Origin: the human T2T-CHM13v2.0 reference genome, Homo sapiens | Direction: 5' to 3' (one strand) | Length of the DNA stretch: 64,000 bases | Assembly: GCF_009914755.1 (NCBI RefSeq) | Contig: NC_060936.1 | Shown: positions 51,901 to 64,000 of the stretch, piece after piece | How the letters are laid out: each line of letters opens with the position of its first letter | Numbering within the stretch: the stretch's first letter is position 1 | Program-made: the position numbers and the translations under genes | Notes under the pieces: generated by a model | Database searches by the model: none | Told to the model about the DNA's origin: nothing | What the model saw: the letters and a program-made list of their open reading frames with translations, nothing else

Positions 51901-54900
51901 CCCGTTTCCAACGAAGGCCTCAAAGAGGTCCAAATATCCACTTGCAGACTTTACAAAGACAGTGTCTCCAAACTCCTCCATCAAAAGAAAGGTTATACTC
52001 TGTGAATTGAACGCACACATCACAAAGTAGTTTCTGAGAATGATTCTGTCTAGTTTTTATACGAAGATATTTCCTTTTCTACATTTGGCCTAAAAGCGCT
52101 TGAAATCTCCACCTGCAAATATCACAAAAAGAGGGTTTCACATCTGCTCTGTCTAAAGGACAGTTCACCTCTGTGAGTTGAATAGAGGCAACACAAAGAA
52201 CTTACTCAGTATTCTTCTTTCTAGCGTTCTATGAAGAAATCCCGTTTCCAACGAAGGCCTCAAAGAGGTCAAATATCTGCTTGCAGACTTTACAGACAGA
52301 GTGTTTCCAAACTACTCTATGAAAAGAAAGCTTAAACTCCTTGAGTTGAACGCACACATCACAAAGTAGTTTCTGAGAATGATTCTGTCTAGTTTTTATA
52401 CGAAGATGTTTCCTTTTCTACATTTGGTCTCAAAGCTCTTGAAATCTCCAACTGGAAACTGCACAAATAGGCTGTTTCAAATCTGCTCTGTCTAAAGGAA
52501 GGTTCAACTCTGTGAGTTGAATACACACACCACAAATAAGTTACTGAGAATTCTTCTGTCGAACATTACTTGAAGAAATCCCGTTTCCAACGAAGGCCTC
52601 AAAGAGGTCCAAATATCCACTTGCAGACGTTACAAACAGAGTGTTTCCAAACTGCTCCATCAAAAGAAAGGTTAAACTCTGTGAGCTGAACACACACATC
52701 AAAAAGAAGTTTCTGTGAATGATTCTGTCTAGATTTTATAAGAAGATGTTTCCTTTTCTACCGTAGGCCTCAAAGCGCTTGAAATCTCCAGCTGCAAATT
52801 CCACAAAAAGGGTGTTTAACATCTGCTCTTCTAAAGGAAAGTTCAACTCTATGAGTTGAATACACACAGCACAAAGAAGTTACTGAGACTTCTCCTATCA
52901 AACATTATATGAAGAAATCCCGTTTCCAACGAAGGCCTCAAAGAGGTCCAAATATCTGCTTGCAGACTTTACAGACAGAGTGTTTCCAAACTGCTCCATC
53001 AAAAGAAAGGTTAAACTCCTTGAGTTGAACACACACATCACAAAGTAGTTTCTGTGAATGATTCTGTCTAGTTTTTATACGAAGATGTTTCCTTTTCTAC
53101 CTTTGGTCTCAAAGCGATTGAAATCTCCACATGGAAACTCCACAAAAAGAGTGTTTCAAATCTGCTCTTTCTGAAGGAAGGTTCAACTCTGTGAGTTGAA
53201 TACACACACCACAAATAAGTTACTGAGAATTCTTCTGTGTAACATTATATGAGGAAATCCCGTTTCCAACGAAGGCCTCAAAGAGGTCCAAATATCCACT
53301 TGCAGACTTTACAAAGACAGTGTCTCCAAACTCCTCCATCAAAAGAAAGGTTATACTCTGTGAATTGAACGCATACATCACAAAGTAGTTTCTGAGAATG
53401 ATTCTGTCTAGTTTTTATACGAAGATATTTCCTTTTCTACATTTGGCCTAAAAGCGCTTGAAATCTCCACCTGCAAATATCACAAAAAGAGGGTTTCACA
53501 TCTGCTCTGTCTAAAGGACAGTTCACCTCTGTGAGTTGAATAGAGGCAACACAAAGAACTTACTCAGTATTCTTCTTTCTAGCGTTCTATGAAGAAATCC
53601 CGTTTCCAACGAAGGCCTCAAAGAGGTCAAATATCTGCTTGCAGACTTTACAGACAGAGTGTTTCCAAACTACTCTATGAAAAGAAAGCTTAAACTCCTT
53701 GAGTTGAACGCACACATCACAAAGTAGTTTCTGAGAATGATTCTGTCTAGTTTTTATACGAAGATGTTTCCTTTTCTACATTTGGTCTCAAAGCTCTTGA
53801 AATCTCCAACTGGAAACTGCACAAATAGGCTGTTTCAAATCTGCTCTGTCTAAAGGAAGGTTCAACTCTGTGAGTTGAATACACACACCACAAATAAGTT
53901 ACTGAGAATTCTTCTGTCGAACATTACTTGAAGAAATCCCGTTTCCAACGAAGGCCTCAAAGAGGTCCAAATATCCACTTGCAGACGTTACAAACAGAGT
54001 GTTTCCAAACTGCTCCATCAAAAGAAAGGTTAAACTCTGTGAGCTGAACACACACATCAAAAAGAAGTTTCTGTGAATGATTCTGTCTAGATTTTATAAG
54101 AAGATGTTTCCTTTTCTACCGTAGGCCTCAAAGCGCTTGAAATCTCCAGCTGCAAATTCCACAAAAAGGGTGTTTAACATCTGCTCTTCTAAAGGAAAGT
54201 TCAACTCTATGAGTTGAATACACACAGCACAAAGAAGTTACTGAGACTTCTCCTATCAAACATTATATGAAGAAATCCCGTTTCCAACGAAGGCCTCAAA
54301 GAGGTCCAAATATCTGCTTGCAGACTTTACAGACAGAGTGTTTCCAAACTGCTCCATCAAAAGAAAGGTTAAACTCCTTGAGTTGAACACACACATCACA
54401 AAGTAGTTTCTGTGAATGATTCTGTCTAGTTTTTATACGAAGATGTTTCCTTTTCTACCTTTGGTCTCAAAGCGATTGAAATCTCCACATGGAAACTCCA
54501 CAAAAAGAGTGTTTCAAATCTGCTCTTTCTGAAGGAAGGTTCAACTCTGTGAGTTGAATACACACACCACAAATAAGTTACTGAGAATTCTTCTGTGTAA
54601 CATTATATGAGGAAATCCCGTTTCCAACGAAGGCCTCAAAGAGGTCCAAATATCCACTTGCAGACTTTACAAAGACAGTGTCTCCCAACTCCTCCATCAA
54701 AAGAAAGGTTATACTCTGTGAATTGAACGCACACATCACAAAGTAGTTTCTGAGAATGATTCTGTCTAGTTTTTATACGAAGATATTTCCTTTTCTACAT
54801 TTGGCCTAAAAGCGCTTGAAATCTCCACCTGCAAATATCACAAAAAGAGGGTTTCACATCTGCTCTGTCTAAAGGACAGTTCACCTCTGTGAGTTGAATA

Positions 54901-57049
54901 GAGGCAACACAAAGAACTTACTCAGTATTCTTCTTTCTAGCGTTCTATGTAGAAATCCCGTTTCCAACGAAGGCCTCAAAGAGGTCAAATATCTGCTTGC
55001 AGACTTTACAGACAGAGTGTTTCCAAACTACTCTATGAAAAGAAAGCTTAAACTCCTTGAGTTGAACGCACACATCACAAAGTAGTTTCTGAGAATGATT
55101 TTGTCTAGTTTTTATACGAAGATGTTTCCTTTTCTACATTTGGTCTCAAAGCGATTGAAATCTCCAACTGGAAACTGCACAAATAGGGTGTTTCAAATCT
55201 GCTCTGCCTAAAGGAAGGTTCAACTCTGTGAGTTGAATACACACACCACAAATAAGTTACTGAGAATTCTTCTGTCGAACATTACTTGAAGAAATCCCGT
55301 TTCCAACGAAGGCCTCAAAGAGGTCCAAATATCCACTTGCAGACATTACAAACAGAGTGTTTCCAAACTGCTCCATCAAAAGAAAGGTTAAACTCTGTGA
55401 GCTGAACACACACATCAAAAAGAAGTTTCTGTGAATGATTCTGTCTAGATTTTATAAGAAGATGTTTCCTTTTCTACCGTAGGCCTCAAAGCGCTTGAAA
55501 TCTCCAGCTGCAAATTCCACAAAAAGGGTGTTTAACATCTGCTCTTCTAAAGGAAAGTTCAACTCTATGAGTTGAATACACACAGCACAAAGAAGTTACT
55601 GAGACTTCTCCTATCAAACATTATATGAAGAAATCCCGTTTCCAACGAAGGCCTCAAAGAGGTCCAAATATCTGCTTGCAGACTTTACAGACAGAGTGTT
55701 TCCAAACTGCTCCATCAAAAGAAAGGTTAAACTCCTTGAGTTGAACACACACATCACAAAGTAGTTTCTGTGAATGATTCTGTCTAGTTTTTATACGAAG
55801 ATGTTTCCTTTTCTACCTTTGGTCTCAAAGCGATTGAAATCTCCACATGGAAACTCCACAAAAAGAGTGTTTCAAATCTGCTCTTTCTGAAGGAAGGTTC
55901 AACTCTGTGAGTTGAATACACACACCACAAATAAGTTACTGAGAATTCTTCTGTGTAACATTATATGAGGAAATCCCGTTTCCAACGAAGGCCTCAAAGA
56001 GGTCCAAATATCCACTTGCAGACTTTACAAAGACAGTGTCTCCAAACTCCTCCATCAAAAGAAAGGTTATACTCTGTGAATTGAACGCACACATCACAAA
56101 GTAGTTTCTGAGAATGATTCTGTCTAGTTTTTATACGAAGATATTTCCTTTTCTACATTTGGCCTAAAAGCGCTTGAAATCTCCACCTGCAAATATCACA
56201 AAAAGAGGGTTTCACATCTGCTCTGTCTAAAGGACAGTTCACCTCTGTGAGTTGAATAGAGGCAACACAAAGAACTTACCCAGTATTCTTCTTTCTAGCG
56301 TTCTCTGAAGAAATCCCGTTTCCAACGAAGGCCTCAAAGAGTTCCAAATATCTGCTTGCAGACTTTACAGACAGAGTGTTTCCAAACTACTCTATGAAAA
56401 GAAAGCTTAAACTCCTTGAGTTGAACGCACACATCACAAAGTAGTTTCTGAGAATGATTCTGTCTAGTTTTTATACGAAGATGTTTCCTTTTCTACATTT
56501 GGTCTCAAAGCGATTGAAATCTCCAACTGGAAACTGCACAAATAGGCTGTTTCAAATCTGCTCTGTCTAAAGGAAGGTTCAACTGTGTGAGTTGAATACA
56601 CACACCACAAATAAGTTACTGAGAATTCTTCTGTCGAACATTACAGGAAGAAATCCCGTTTCCAACGAAGGCCTCAAAGAGGTCCAAATATCCACTTGCA
56701 GACATTACAAACAGTGTGTTTCCCACCTGCTCCATCAAAAGAAAGGTTAAACTCTGTGAGCTGAACACACACATCAAAAAGAAGTTTCTGTGAATGATTC
56801 TGTCTAGATTTTATAAGAAGATGTTTCCTTTTCTACCGTAGGCCTCAAAGCGCTTGAAATCTCCAGCTGCAAATTCCACAAAAAGGGTGTTTAACATCTG
56901 CTCTTCTAAAGGAAAGTTCAACTCTATGAGTTGAATACACACAGCACAAAGAAGTTACTGAGACTTCTCCTATCAAACATTATATGAAGAAATCCCGTTT
57001 CCAACGAAGGCCTCAAAGAGGTCCAAATATCTGCTTGCAGACTTTACAG
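48901..57049 (-). repeat. Run of six canonical 8-mer HORs
   Basis: ABCD units start at 48901, 50259, 51617, 52975, 54333 and 55691. Confidence 0.92.
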
Positions 57050-60000
57050 ACAGAGTGTTTCCAAACTGCTCCATCAAAAGAAAGGTTAAACTCCTTGAGT
57101 TGAACACACACATCACAAAGTAGTTTCTGTGAATGATTCTGTCTAGTTTTTATACGAAGATGTTTCCTTTTCAACCTTTGGTCTCAAAGCGATTGAAATC
57201 TCCACATGGAAACTCCACAAAAAGAGTGTTTCAAATCTGCTCTTTCTGAAGGAAGGTTCAACTCTGTGAGTTGAATACACACACCACAAATAAGTTACTG
57301 AGAATTCTTCTGTGTAACATTATATGAGGAAATCCCGTTTCCAACGAAGGCCTTAAAGAGGTCCAAATATCCACTTGCAGACTTTACAAAGACAGTGTCT
57401 CCAAACTCCTCCATCAAAAGAAAGGTTATACTCTGTGAATTGAACGCACACATCACAAAGTAGTTTCTGAGAATGATTCTGTCTAGTTTTTATACGAAGA
57501 TATTTCCTTTTCTACATTTGGCCTAAAAGCGCTTGAAATCTCCACCTGCAAATATCACAAAAAGAGGGTTTCACATCTGCTCTGTCTAAAGGACAGTTCA
57601 CCTCTGTGAGTTGAATAGAGGCAACACAAAGAACTTACTCAGTATTCTTCTTTCTAGCATTCTATGAAGAAATCCCGTTTCCAACGAAGGCCCCTAAGAG
57701 GTCCAAATATCTGCTTGCAGACTTTACAGACAGAGTTTTTCCAAACTGCTCCATCAAAAGAAAGGTTAAACTCCTTGAGTTGAACACACACATCACAAAG
57801 TAGTTTCTGTGAATGATTCTGTCTAGTTTTTATAAGAAGATGTTTCCTTTTCTACCTTTGGTCTCAAAGCGATTGAAATCTCCACATGGAAACTCCTCAA
57901 AAAGAGTGTTTCAAATCTGCTCTTTCTGAAGGAAGGTTCAACTCTGTGAGTTGAATACACACACCACAAATAAGTTACTGAGAATTCTTCTGTGTAACAT
58001 TATATGAGGAAATCCCGTTTCCAACGAAGGCCTCAAAGAGGTCCAAATATCCACTTGCAGACTTTACAAAGACAGTGTCTCCAAACTCCTCCATCAAAAG
58101 AAAGGTTATACTCTGTGAATTGAACGCACACATCACAAAGTAGTTTCTGAGAATGATTCTGTCTAGTTTTTATACGAAGATATTTCCTTTTCTACATTTG
58201 GCCTAAAAGCGCTTGAAATCTCCACCTGCAAATATCACAAAAAGAGGGTTTCACATCTGCTCTGTCTAAAGGACAGTTCACCTCTGTGAGTTGAATAGAG
58301 GCAACACAAAGAACTTACCCAGTATTCTTCTTTCTAGCGTTCTCTGAAGAAATCCCGTTTCCAACGAAGGCCTCAAAGAGTTCCAAATATCTGCTTGCAG
58401 ACTTTACAGACAGAGTGTTTCCAAACTACTCTATGAAAAGAAAGCTTAAACTCCTTGAGTTGAACGCACACATCACAAAGTAGTTTCTGAGAATGATTCT
58501 GTCTAGTTTTTATACGAAGATGTTTCCTTTTCTACATTTGGTCTCAAAGCGATTGAAATCTCCAACTGGAAACTGCACAAATAGGCTGTTTCAAATCTGC
58601 TCTGTCTAAAGGAAGGTTCAACTCTGTGAGTTGAATACACACACCACAAATAAGTTACTGAGAATTCTTCTGTCGAACATTACAGGAAGAAATCCCGTTT
58701 CCAACGAAGGCCTCAAAGAGGTCCAAATATCCACTTGCAGACATTACAAACAGTGTGTTTCCCACCTGCTCCATCAAAAGAAAGGTTAAACTCTGTGAGC
58801 TGAACACACACATCAAAAAGAAGTTTCTGTGAATGATTCTGTCTAGATTTTATAAGAAGATGTTTCCTTTTCTACCGTAGGCCTCAAAGCGCTTGAAATC
58901 TCCAGCTGCAAATTCCACAAAAAGGGTGTTTAACATCTGCTCTTCTAAAGGAAAGTTCAACTCTATGAGTTGAATACACACAGCACAAAGAAGTTACTGA
59001 GACTTCTCCTATCAAACATTATATGAAGAAATCCCGTTTCCAAAGAAGGCCTCAAAGAGGTCCAAATATCTGCTTGCAGACTTTACAGACAGAGTGTTTC
59101 CAAACTGCTCCATCAAAAGAAAGGTTAAACTCCTTGAGTTGAACACACACATCACAAAGTAGTTTCTGTGAATGATTCTGTCTAGTTTTTATACGAAGAT
59201 GTTTCCTTTTCAACCTTTGGTCTCAAAGCGATTGAAATCTCCACATGGAAACTCCACAAAAAGAGTGTTTCAAATCTGCTCTTTCTGAAGGAAGGTTCAA
59301 CTCTGTGAGTTGAATACACACACCACAAATAAGTTACTGAGAATTCTTCTGTGTAACATTATATGAGGAAATCCCGTTTCCAACGAAGGCCTTAAAGAGG
59401 TCCAAATATCCACTTGCAGACTTTACAAAGACAGTGTCTCCAAACTCCTCCATCAAAAGAAAGGTTATACTCTGTGAATTGAACGCACACATCACAAAGT
59501 AGTTTCTGAGAATGATTCTGTCTAGTTTTTATACGAAGATATTTCCTTTTCTACATTTGGCCTAAAAGCGCTTGAAATCTCCACCTGCAAATATCACAAA
59601 AAGAGGGTTTCACATCTGCTCTGTCTAAAGGACAGTTCACCTCTGTGAGTTGAATAGAGGCAACACAAAGAACTTACTCAGTATTCTTCTTTCTAGCATT
59701 CTATGAAGAAATCCCGTTTCCAACGAAGGCCCCTAAGAGGTCCAAATATCTGCTTGCAGACTTTACAGACAGAGTTTTTCCAAACTGCTCCATCAAAAGA
59801 AAGGTTAAACTCCTTGAGTTGAACACACACATCACAAAGTAGTTTCTGTGAATGATTCTGTCTAGTTTTTATAAGAAGATGTTTCCTTTTCTACCTTTGG
59901 TCTCAAAGCGATTGAAATCTCCACATGGAAACTCCTCAAAAAGAGTGTTTCAAATCTGCTCTTTCTGAAGGAAGGTTCAACTCTGTGAGTTGAATACACA

Positions 60001-61126
60001 CACCACAAATAAGTTACTGAGAATTCTTCTGTGTAACATTATATGAGGAAATCCCGTTTCCAACGAAGGCCTCAAAGAGGTCCAAATATCCACTTGCAGA
60101 CTTTACAAAGACAGTGTCTCCAAACTCCTCCATCAAAAGAAAGGTTATACTCTGTGAATTGAACGCACACATCACAAAGTAGTTTCTGAGAATGATTCTG
60201 TCTAGTTTTTATACGAAGATATTTCCTTTTCTACATTTGGCCTAAAAGCGCTTGAAATCTCCACCTGCAAATATCACAAAAAGAGGGTTTCACATCTGCT
60301 CTGTCTAAAGGACAGTTCACCTCTGTGAGTTGAATAGAGGCAACACAAAGAACTTACTCAGTATTCTTCTTTCTAGCGTTCTATGAAGAAATCCCGTTTC
60401 CAACGAAGGCCTCAAAGAGGTCAAATATCTGCTTGCAGACTTTACAGACAGAGTGTTTCCAAACTACTCTATGAAAAGAAAGCTTAAACTCCTTGAGTTG
60501 AACGCACACATCACAAAGTAGTTTCTGAGAATGATTCTGTCTAGTTTTTATACGAAGATGTTTCCTTTTCTACATTTGGTCTCAAAGCGATTGAAATCTC
60601 CAACTGGAAACTGCACAAATAGGCTGTTTCAAATCTGCTCTGTCTAAAGGAAGGTTCAGCTCTGTGAGTTGAATACACACACCACAAATAAGTTACTGAG
60701 AATTCTTCTGTCGAACATTACAGGAAGAAATCCCGTTTCCAACGAAGGCCTCAAAGAGGTCCAAATATCCACTTGCAGACATTACAAACAGTGTGTTTCC
60801 CAACTGCTCCATCAAAAGAAAGGTTAAACTCTGTGAGCTGAACACACACATCAAAAAGAAGTTTCTGTGAATGATTCTGTCTAGATTTTATAAGAAGATG
60901 TTTCCTTTTCTACCGTAGGCCTCAAAGCGCTTGAAATCTCCAGCTGCAAATTCCACAAAAAGGGTGTTTAACATCTGCTCTTCTAAAGGAAAGTTCAACT
61001 CTATGAGTTGAATACACACAGCACAAAGAAGTTACTGAGACTTCTCCTATCAAACATTATATGAAGAAATCCCGTTTCCAACGAAGGCCTCAAAGAGGTC
61101 CAAATATCTGCTTGCAGACTTTACAG
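57050..61126 (-). repeat. Two tandem 12-mer variants AB-ABCD
   Basis: AB 57050 + ABCD 57730, then AB 59089 + ABCD 59769. Shared markers: tttcaacc, ggccttaaag, ggcccctaag. Confidence 0.92.
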
Positions 61127-64000
61127 ACAGAGTGTTTCCAAACTGCTCCATCAAAAGAAAGGTTAAACTCCTTGAGTTGAACACACACATCACAAAGTAG
61201 TTTCTGTGAATGATTCTGTCTAGTTTTTATACGAAGATGTTTCCTTTTCTACCTTTGGTCTCAAAGCGATTGAAATCTCCACATGGAAACTCCACAAAAA
61301 GAGTGTTTCAAATCTGCTCTTTCTGAAGGAAGGTTCAACTCTGTGAGTTGAATACACACACCACAAATAAGTTACTGAGAATTCTTCTGTGTAACATTAT
61401 ATGAGGAAATCCCGTTTCCAACGAAGGCCTCAAAGAGGTCCAAATATCCACTTGCAGACTTTACAAAGACAGTGTCTCCAAACTCCTCCATCAAAAGAAA
61501 GGTTATACTCTGTGAATTGAACGCACACATCACAAAGTAGTTTCTGAGAATGATTCTGTCTAGTTTTTATACGAAGATATTTCCTTTTCTACATTTGGCC
61601 TAAAAGCGCTTGAAATCTCCACCTGCAAATATCACAAAAAGAGGGTTTCACATCTGCTCTGTCTAAAGGACAGTTCACCTCTGTGAGTTGAATAGAGGCA
61701 ACACAAAGAACTTACTCAGTATTCTTCTTTCTAGCGTTCTATGAAGAAATCCCGTTTCCAACGAAGGCCTCAAAGAGGTCAAATATCTGCTTGCAGACTT
61801 TACAGACAGAGTGTTTCCAAACTACTCTATGAAAAGAAAGCTTAAACTCCTTGAGTTGAACGCACACATCACAAAGTAGTTTCTGAGAATGATTCTGTCT
61901 AGTTTTTATACGAAGATGTTTCCTTTTCTACATTTGGTCTCAAAGCGATTGAAATCTCCAACTGGAAACTGCACAAATAGGGTGTTTCAAATCTGCTCTG
62001 CCTAAAGGAAGGTTCAACTCTGTGAGTTGAATACACACACCACAAATAAGTTACTGAGAATTCTTCTGTCGAACATTACTTGAAGAAATCCCGTTTCCAA
62101 CGAAGGCCTCAAAGAGGTCCAAATATCCACTTGCAGACATTACAAACAGAGTGTTTCCAAACTGCTCCATCAAAAGAAAGGTTAAACTCTGTGAGCTGAA
62201 CACACACATCAAAAAGAAGTTTCTGTGAATGATTCTGTCTAGATTTTATAAGAAGATGTTTCCTTTTCTACCGTAGGCCTCAAAGCGCTTGAAATCTCCA
62301 GCTGCAAATTCCACAAAAAGGGTGTTTAACATCTGCTCTTCTAAAGGAAAGTTCAACTCTATGAGTTGAATACACACAGCACAAAGAAGTTACTGAGACT
62401 TCTCCTATCAAACATTATATGAAGAAATCCCGTTTCCAACGAAGGCCTCAAAGAGGTCCAAATATCTGCTTGCAGACTTTACAGACAGAGTGTTTCCAAA
62501 CTGCTCCATCAAAAGAAAGGTTAAACTCCTTGAGTTGAACACACACATCACAAAGTAGTTTCTGTGAATGATTCTGTCTAGTTTTTATACGAAGATGTTT
62601 CCTTTTCTACCTTTGGTCTCAAAGCGATTGAAATCTCCACATGGAAACTCCACAAAAAGAGTGTTTCAAATCTGCTCTTTCTGAAGGAAGGTTCAACTCT
62701 GTGAGTTGAATACACACACCACAAATAAGTTACTGAGAATTCTTCTGTGTAACATTATATGAGGAAATCCCGTTTCCAACGAAGGCCTCAAAGAGGTCCA
62801 AATATCCACTTGCAGACTTTACAAAGACAGTGTCTCCAAACTCCTCCATCAAAAGAAAGGTTATACTCTGTGAATTGAACGCACACATCACAAAGTAGTT
62901 TCTGAGAATGATTCTGTCTAGTTTTTATACGAAGATATTTCCTTTTCTACATTTGGCCTAAAAGTGCTTGAAATCTCCACCTGCAAATATCACAAAAAGA
63001 GGGTTTCACATCTGCTCTGTCTAAAGGACAGTTCACCTCTGTGAGTTGAATAGAGGCAACACAAAGAACTTACCCAGTATTCTTCTTTCTAGCGTTCTCT
63101 GAAGAAATCCCGTTTCCAACGAAGGCCTCAAAGAGTTCCAAATATCTGCTTGCAGACTTTACAGACAGAGTGTTTCCAAACTACTCTATGAAAAGAAAGC
63201 TTAAACTCCTTGAGTTGAACGCACACATCACAAAGTAGTTTCTGAGAATGATTCTGTCTAGTTTTTATACGAAGATGTTTCCTTTTCTACATTTGGTCTC
63301 AAAGCGATTGAAATCTCCAACTGGAAACTGCACAAATAGGCTGTTTCAAATCTGCTCTGTCTAAAGGAAGGTTCAACTCTGTGAGTTGAATACACACACC
63401 ACAAATAAGTTACTGAGAATTCTTCTGTCGAACATTACAGGAAGAAATCCCGTTTCCAACGAAGGCCTCAAAGAGGTCCAAATATCCACTTGCAGACATT
63501 ACAAACAGTGTGTTTCCCACCTGCTCCATCAAAAGAAAGGTTAAACTCTGTGAGCTGAACACACACATCAAAAAGAAGTTTCTGTGAATGATTCTGTCTA
63601 GATTTTATAAGAAGATGTTTCCTTTTCTACCGTAGGCCTCAAAGCGCTTGAAATCTCCAGCTGCAAATTCCACAAAAAGGGTGTTTAACATCTGCTCTTC
63701 TAAAGGAAAGTTCAACTCTATGAGTTGAATACACACAGCACAAAGAAGTTACTGAGACTTCTCCTATCAAACATTATATGAAGAAATCCCGTTTCCAACG
63801 AAGGCCTCAAAGAGGTCCAAATATCTGCTTGCAGACTTTACAGACAGAGTGTTTCCAAACTGCTCCATCAAAAGAAAGGTTAAACTCCTTGAGTTGAACA
63901 CACACATCACAAAGTAGTTTCTGTGAATGATTCTGTCTAGTTTTTATACGAAGATGTTTCCTTTTCAACCTTTGGTCTCAAAGCGATTGAAATCTCCACA

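Larger units (their letters stand above)
1..64000 (-). repeat. Centromeric alpha-satellite HOR array, dimeric SF1-type, 8-mer based (likely active, homogeneous array)
   Basis: Continuous tandem repeat of about 170-bp AT-rich monomers with typical alphoid motifs (tgtgagttgaatacacac, atcacaaagtagtttctgagaatgattctgtctag). The CENP-B box reverse complement TCCCGTTTCCAACGAAG recurs every 339-340 bp. Same-type HOR copies differ by only a few SNPs. Strand is given relative to the conventional CENP-B box orientation. Confidence 0.99.
1..64000 (-). repeat. Probable human chromosome 12 alpha satellite D12Z3 (S1C12H1L); D10Z1 is the main alternative SF1 8-mer
   Basis: Seen: dimeric 8-mer of 1358 bp with one HindIII site (AAGCTT, dimer C) and one PvuII site (CAGCTG, dimer D) per unit, EcoRI at about 680-bp spacing, and no RsaI (GTAC) site noticed. 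From memory of the literature, D12Z3 is a ~1.4-kb HindIII/PvuII 8-mer and D10Z1 an RsaI-defined 8-mer. Not verified by alignment. Confidence 0.7.

Noticed and set aside
1-64000. CRISPR-like array (conserved ~40-bp motif every ~340 bp)
   Set aside because: The apparent spacers are themselves repeated, homologous and far too long. The motif is the CENP-B box region and there are no cas genes.
1-64000. Transposon insertion, inversion or unique island within the array
   Set aside because: Every segment parsed into A/B/C/D dimers in one orientation and lengths sum to the window. No poly-A, target-site duplication or foreign sequence was seen.
1-64000. Possibility that this is a synthetic, model-generated centromere sequence
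   Set aside because: Rare SNPs remain linked over several kb and recur collinearly 15.6 kb apart, which a short-memory monomer model would be unlikely to give. Read-level validation is still needed for individual duplications.
1-64000. Claim that this window is the kinetochore (CENP-A) site
   Set aside because: High homogeneity and intact CENP-B boxes fit an active array, but kinetochore position is epigenetic and cannot be read from sequence.
1-64000. A previously undescribed gene-encoded biological system
   Set aside because: No coding, RNA-gene or mobile-element signal. Everything is explained by a known satellite class and its recombination history.

Overview
The whole window is an uninterrupted, single-orientation primate (most likely human) centromeric alpha-satellite higher-order-repeat (HOR) array. 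It contains no genes, transposons or unique DNA. Monomers of about 170 bp pair into dimers of about 340 bp, each with one CENP-B box (read on the - strand); this dimeric organisation fits suprachromosomal family 1. Four dimer types, which I call A, B, C and D, form a canonical 1358-bp 8-mer HOR with one HindIII and one PvuII site, best matching chromosome 12 D12Z3 (inference, not database-checked). By manual parsing there are 188 complete dimers plus a partial one: 34 canonical ABCD units, 16 AB 4-mers, 8 AD 4-mers and one double-hybrid unit at 33281-34638. Shared rare SNPs reveal nested multi-kb duplications with offsets of 6114, 7471/7472, 4755, 15618, 5433/4074, 2039 and 6794 bp. All five listed ORFs are chance read-throughs of satellite. 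I found no new gene-encoded system. The interest lies in the recombination history of the array, and all counts are by eye and need computational confirmation.
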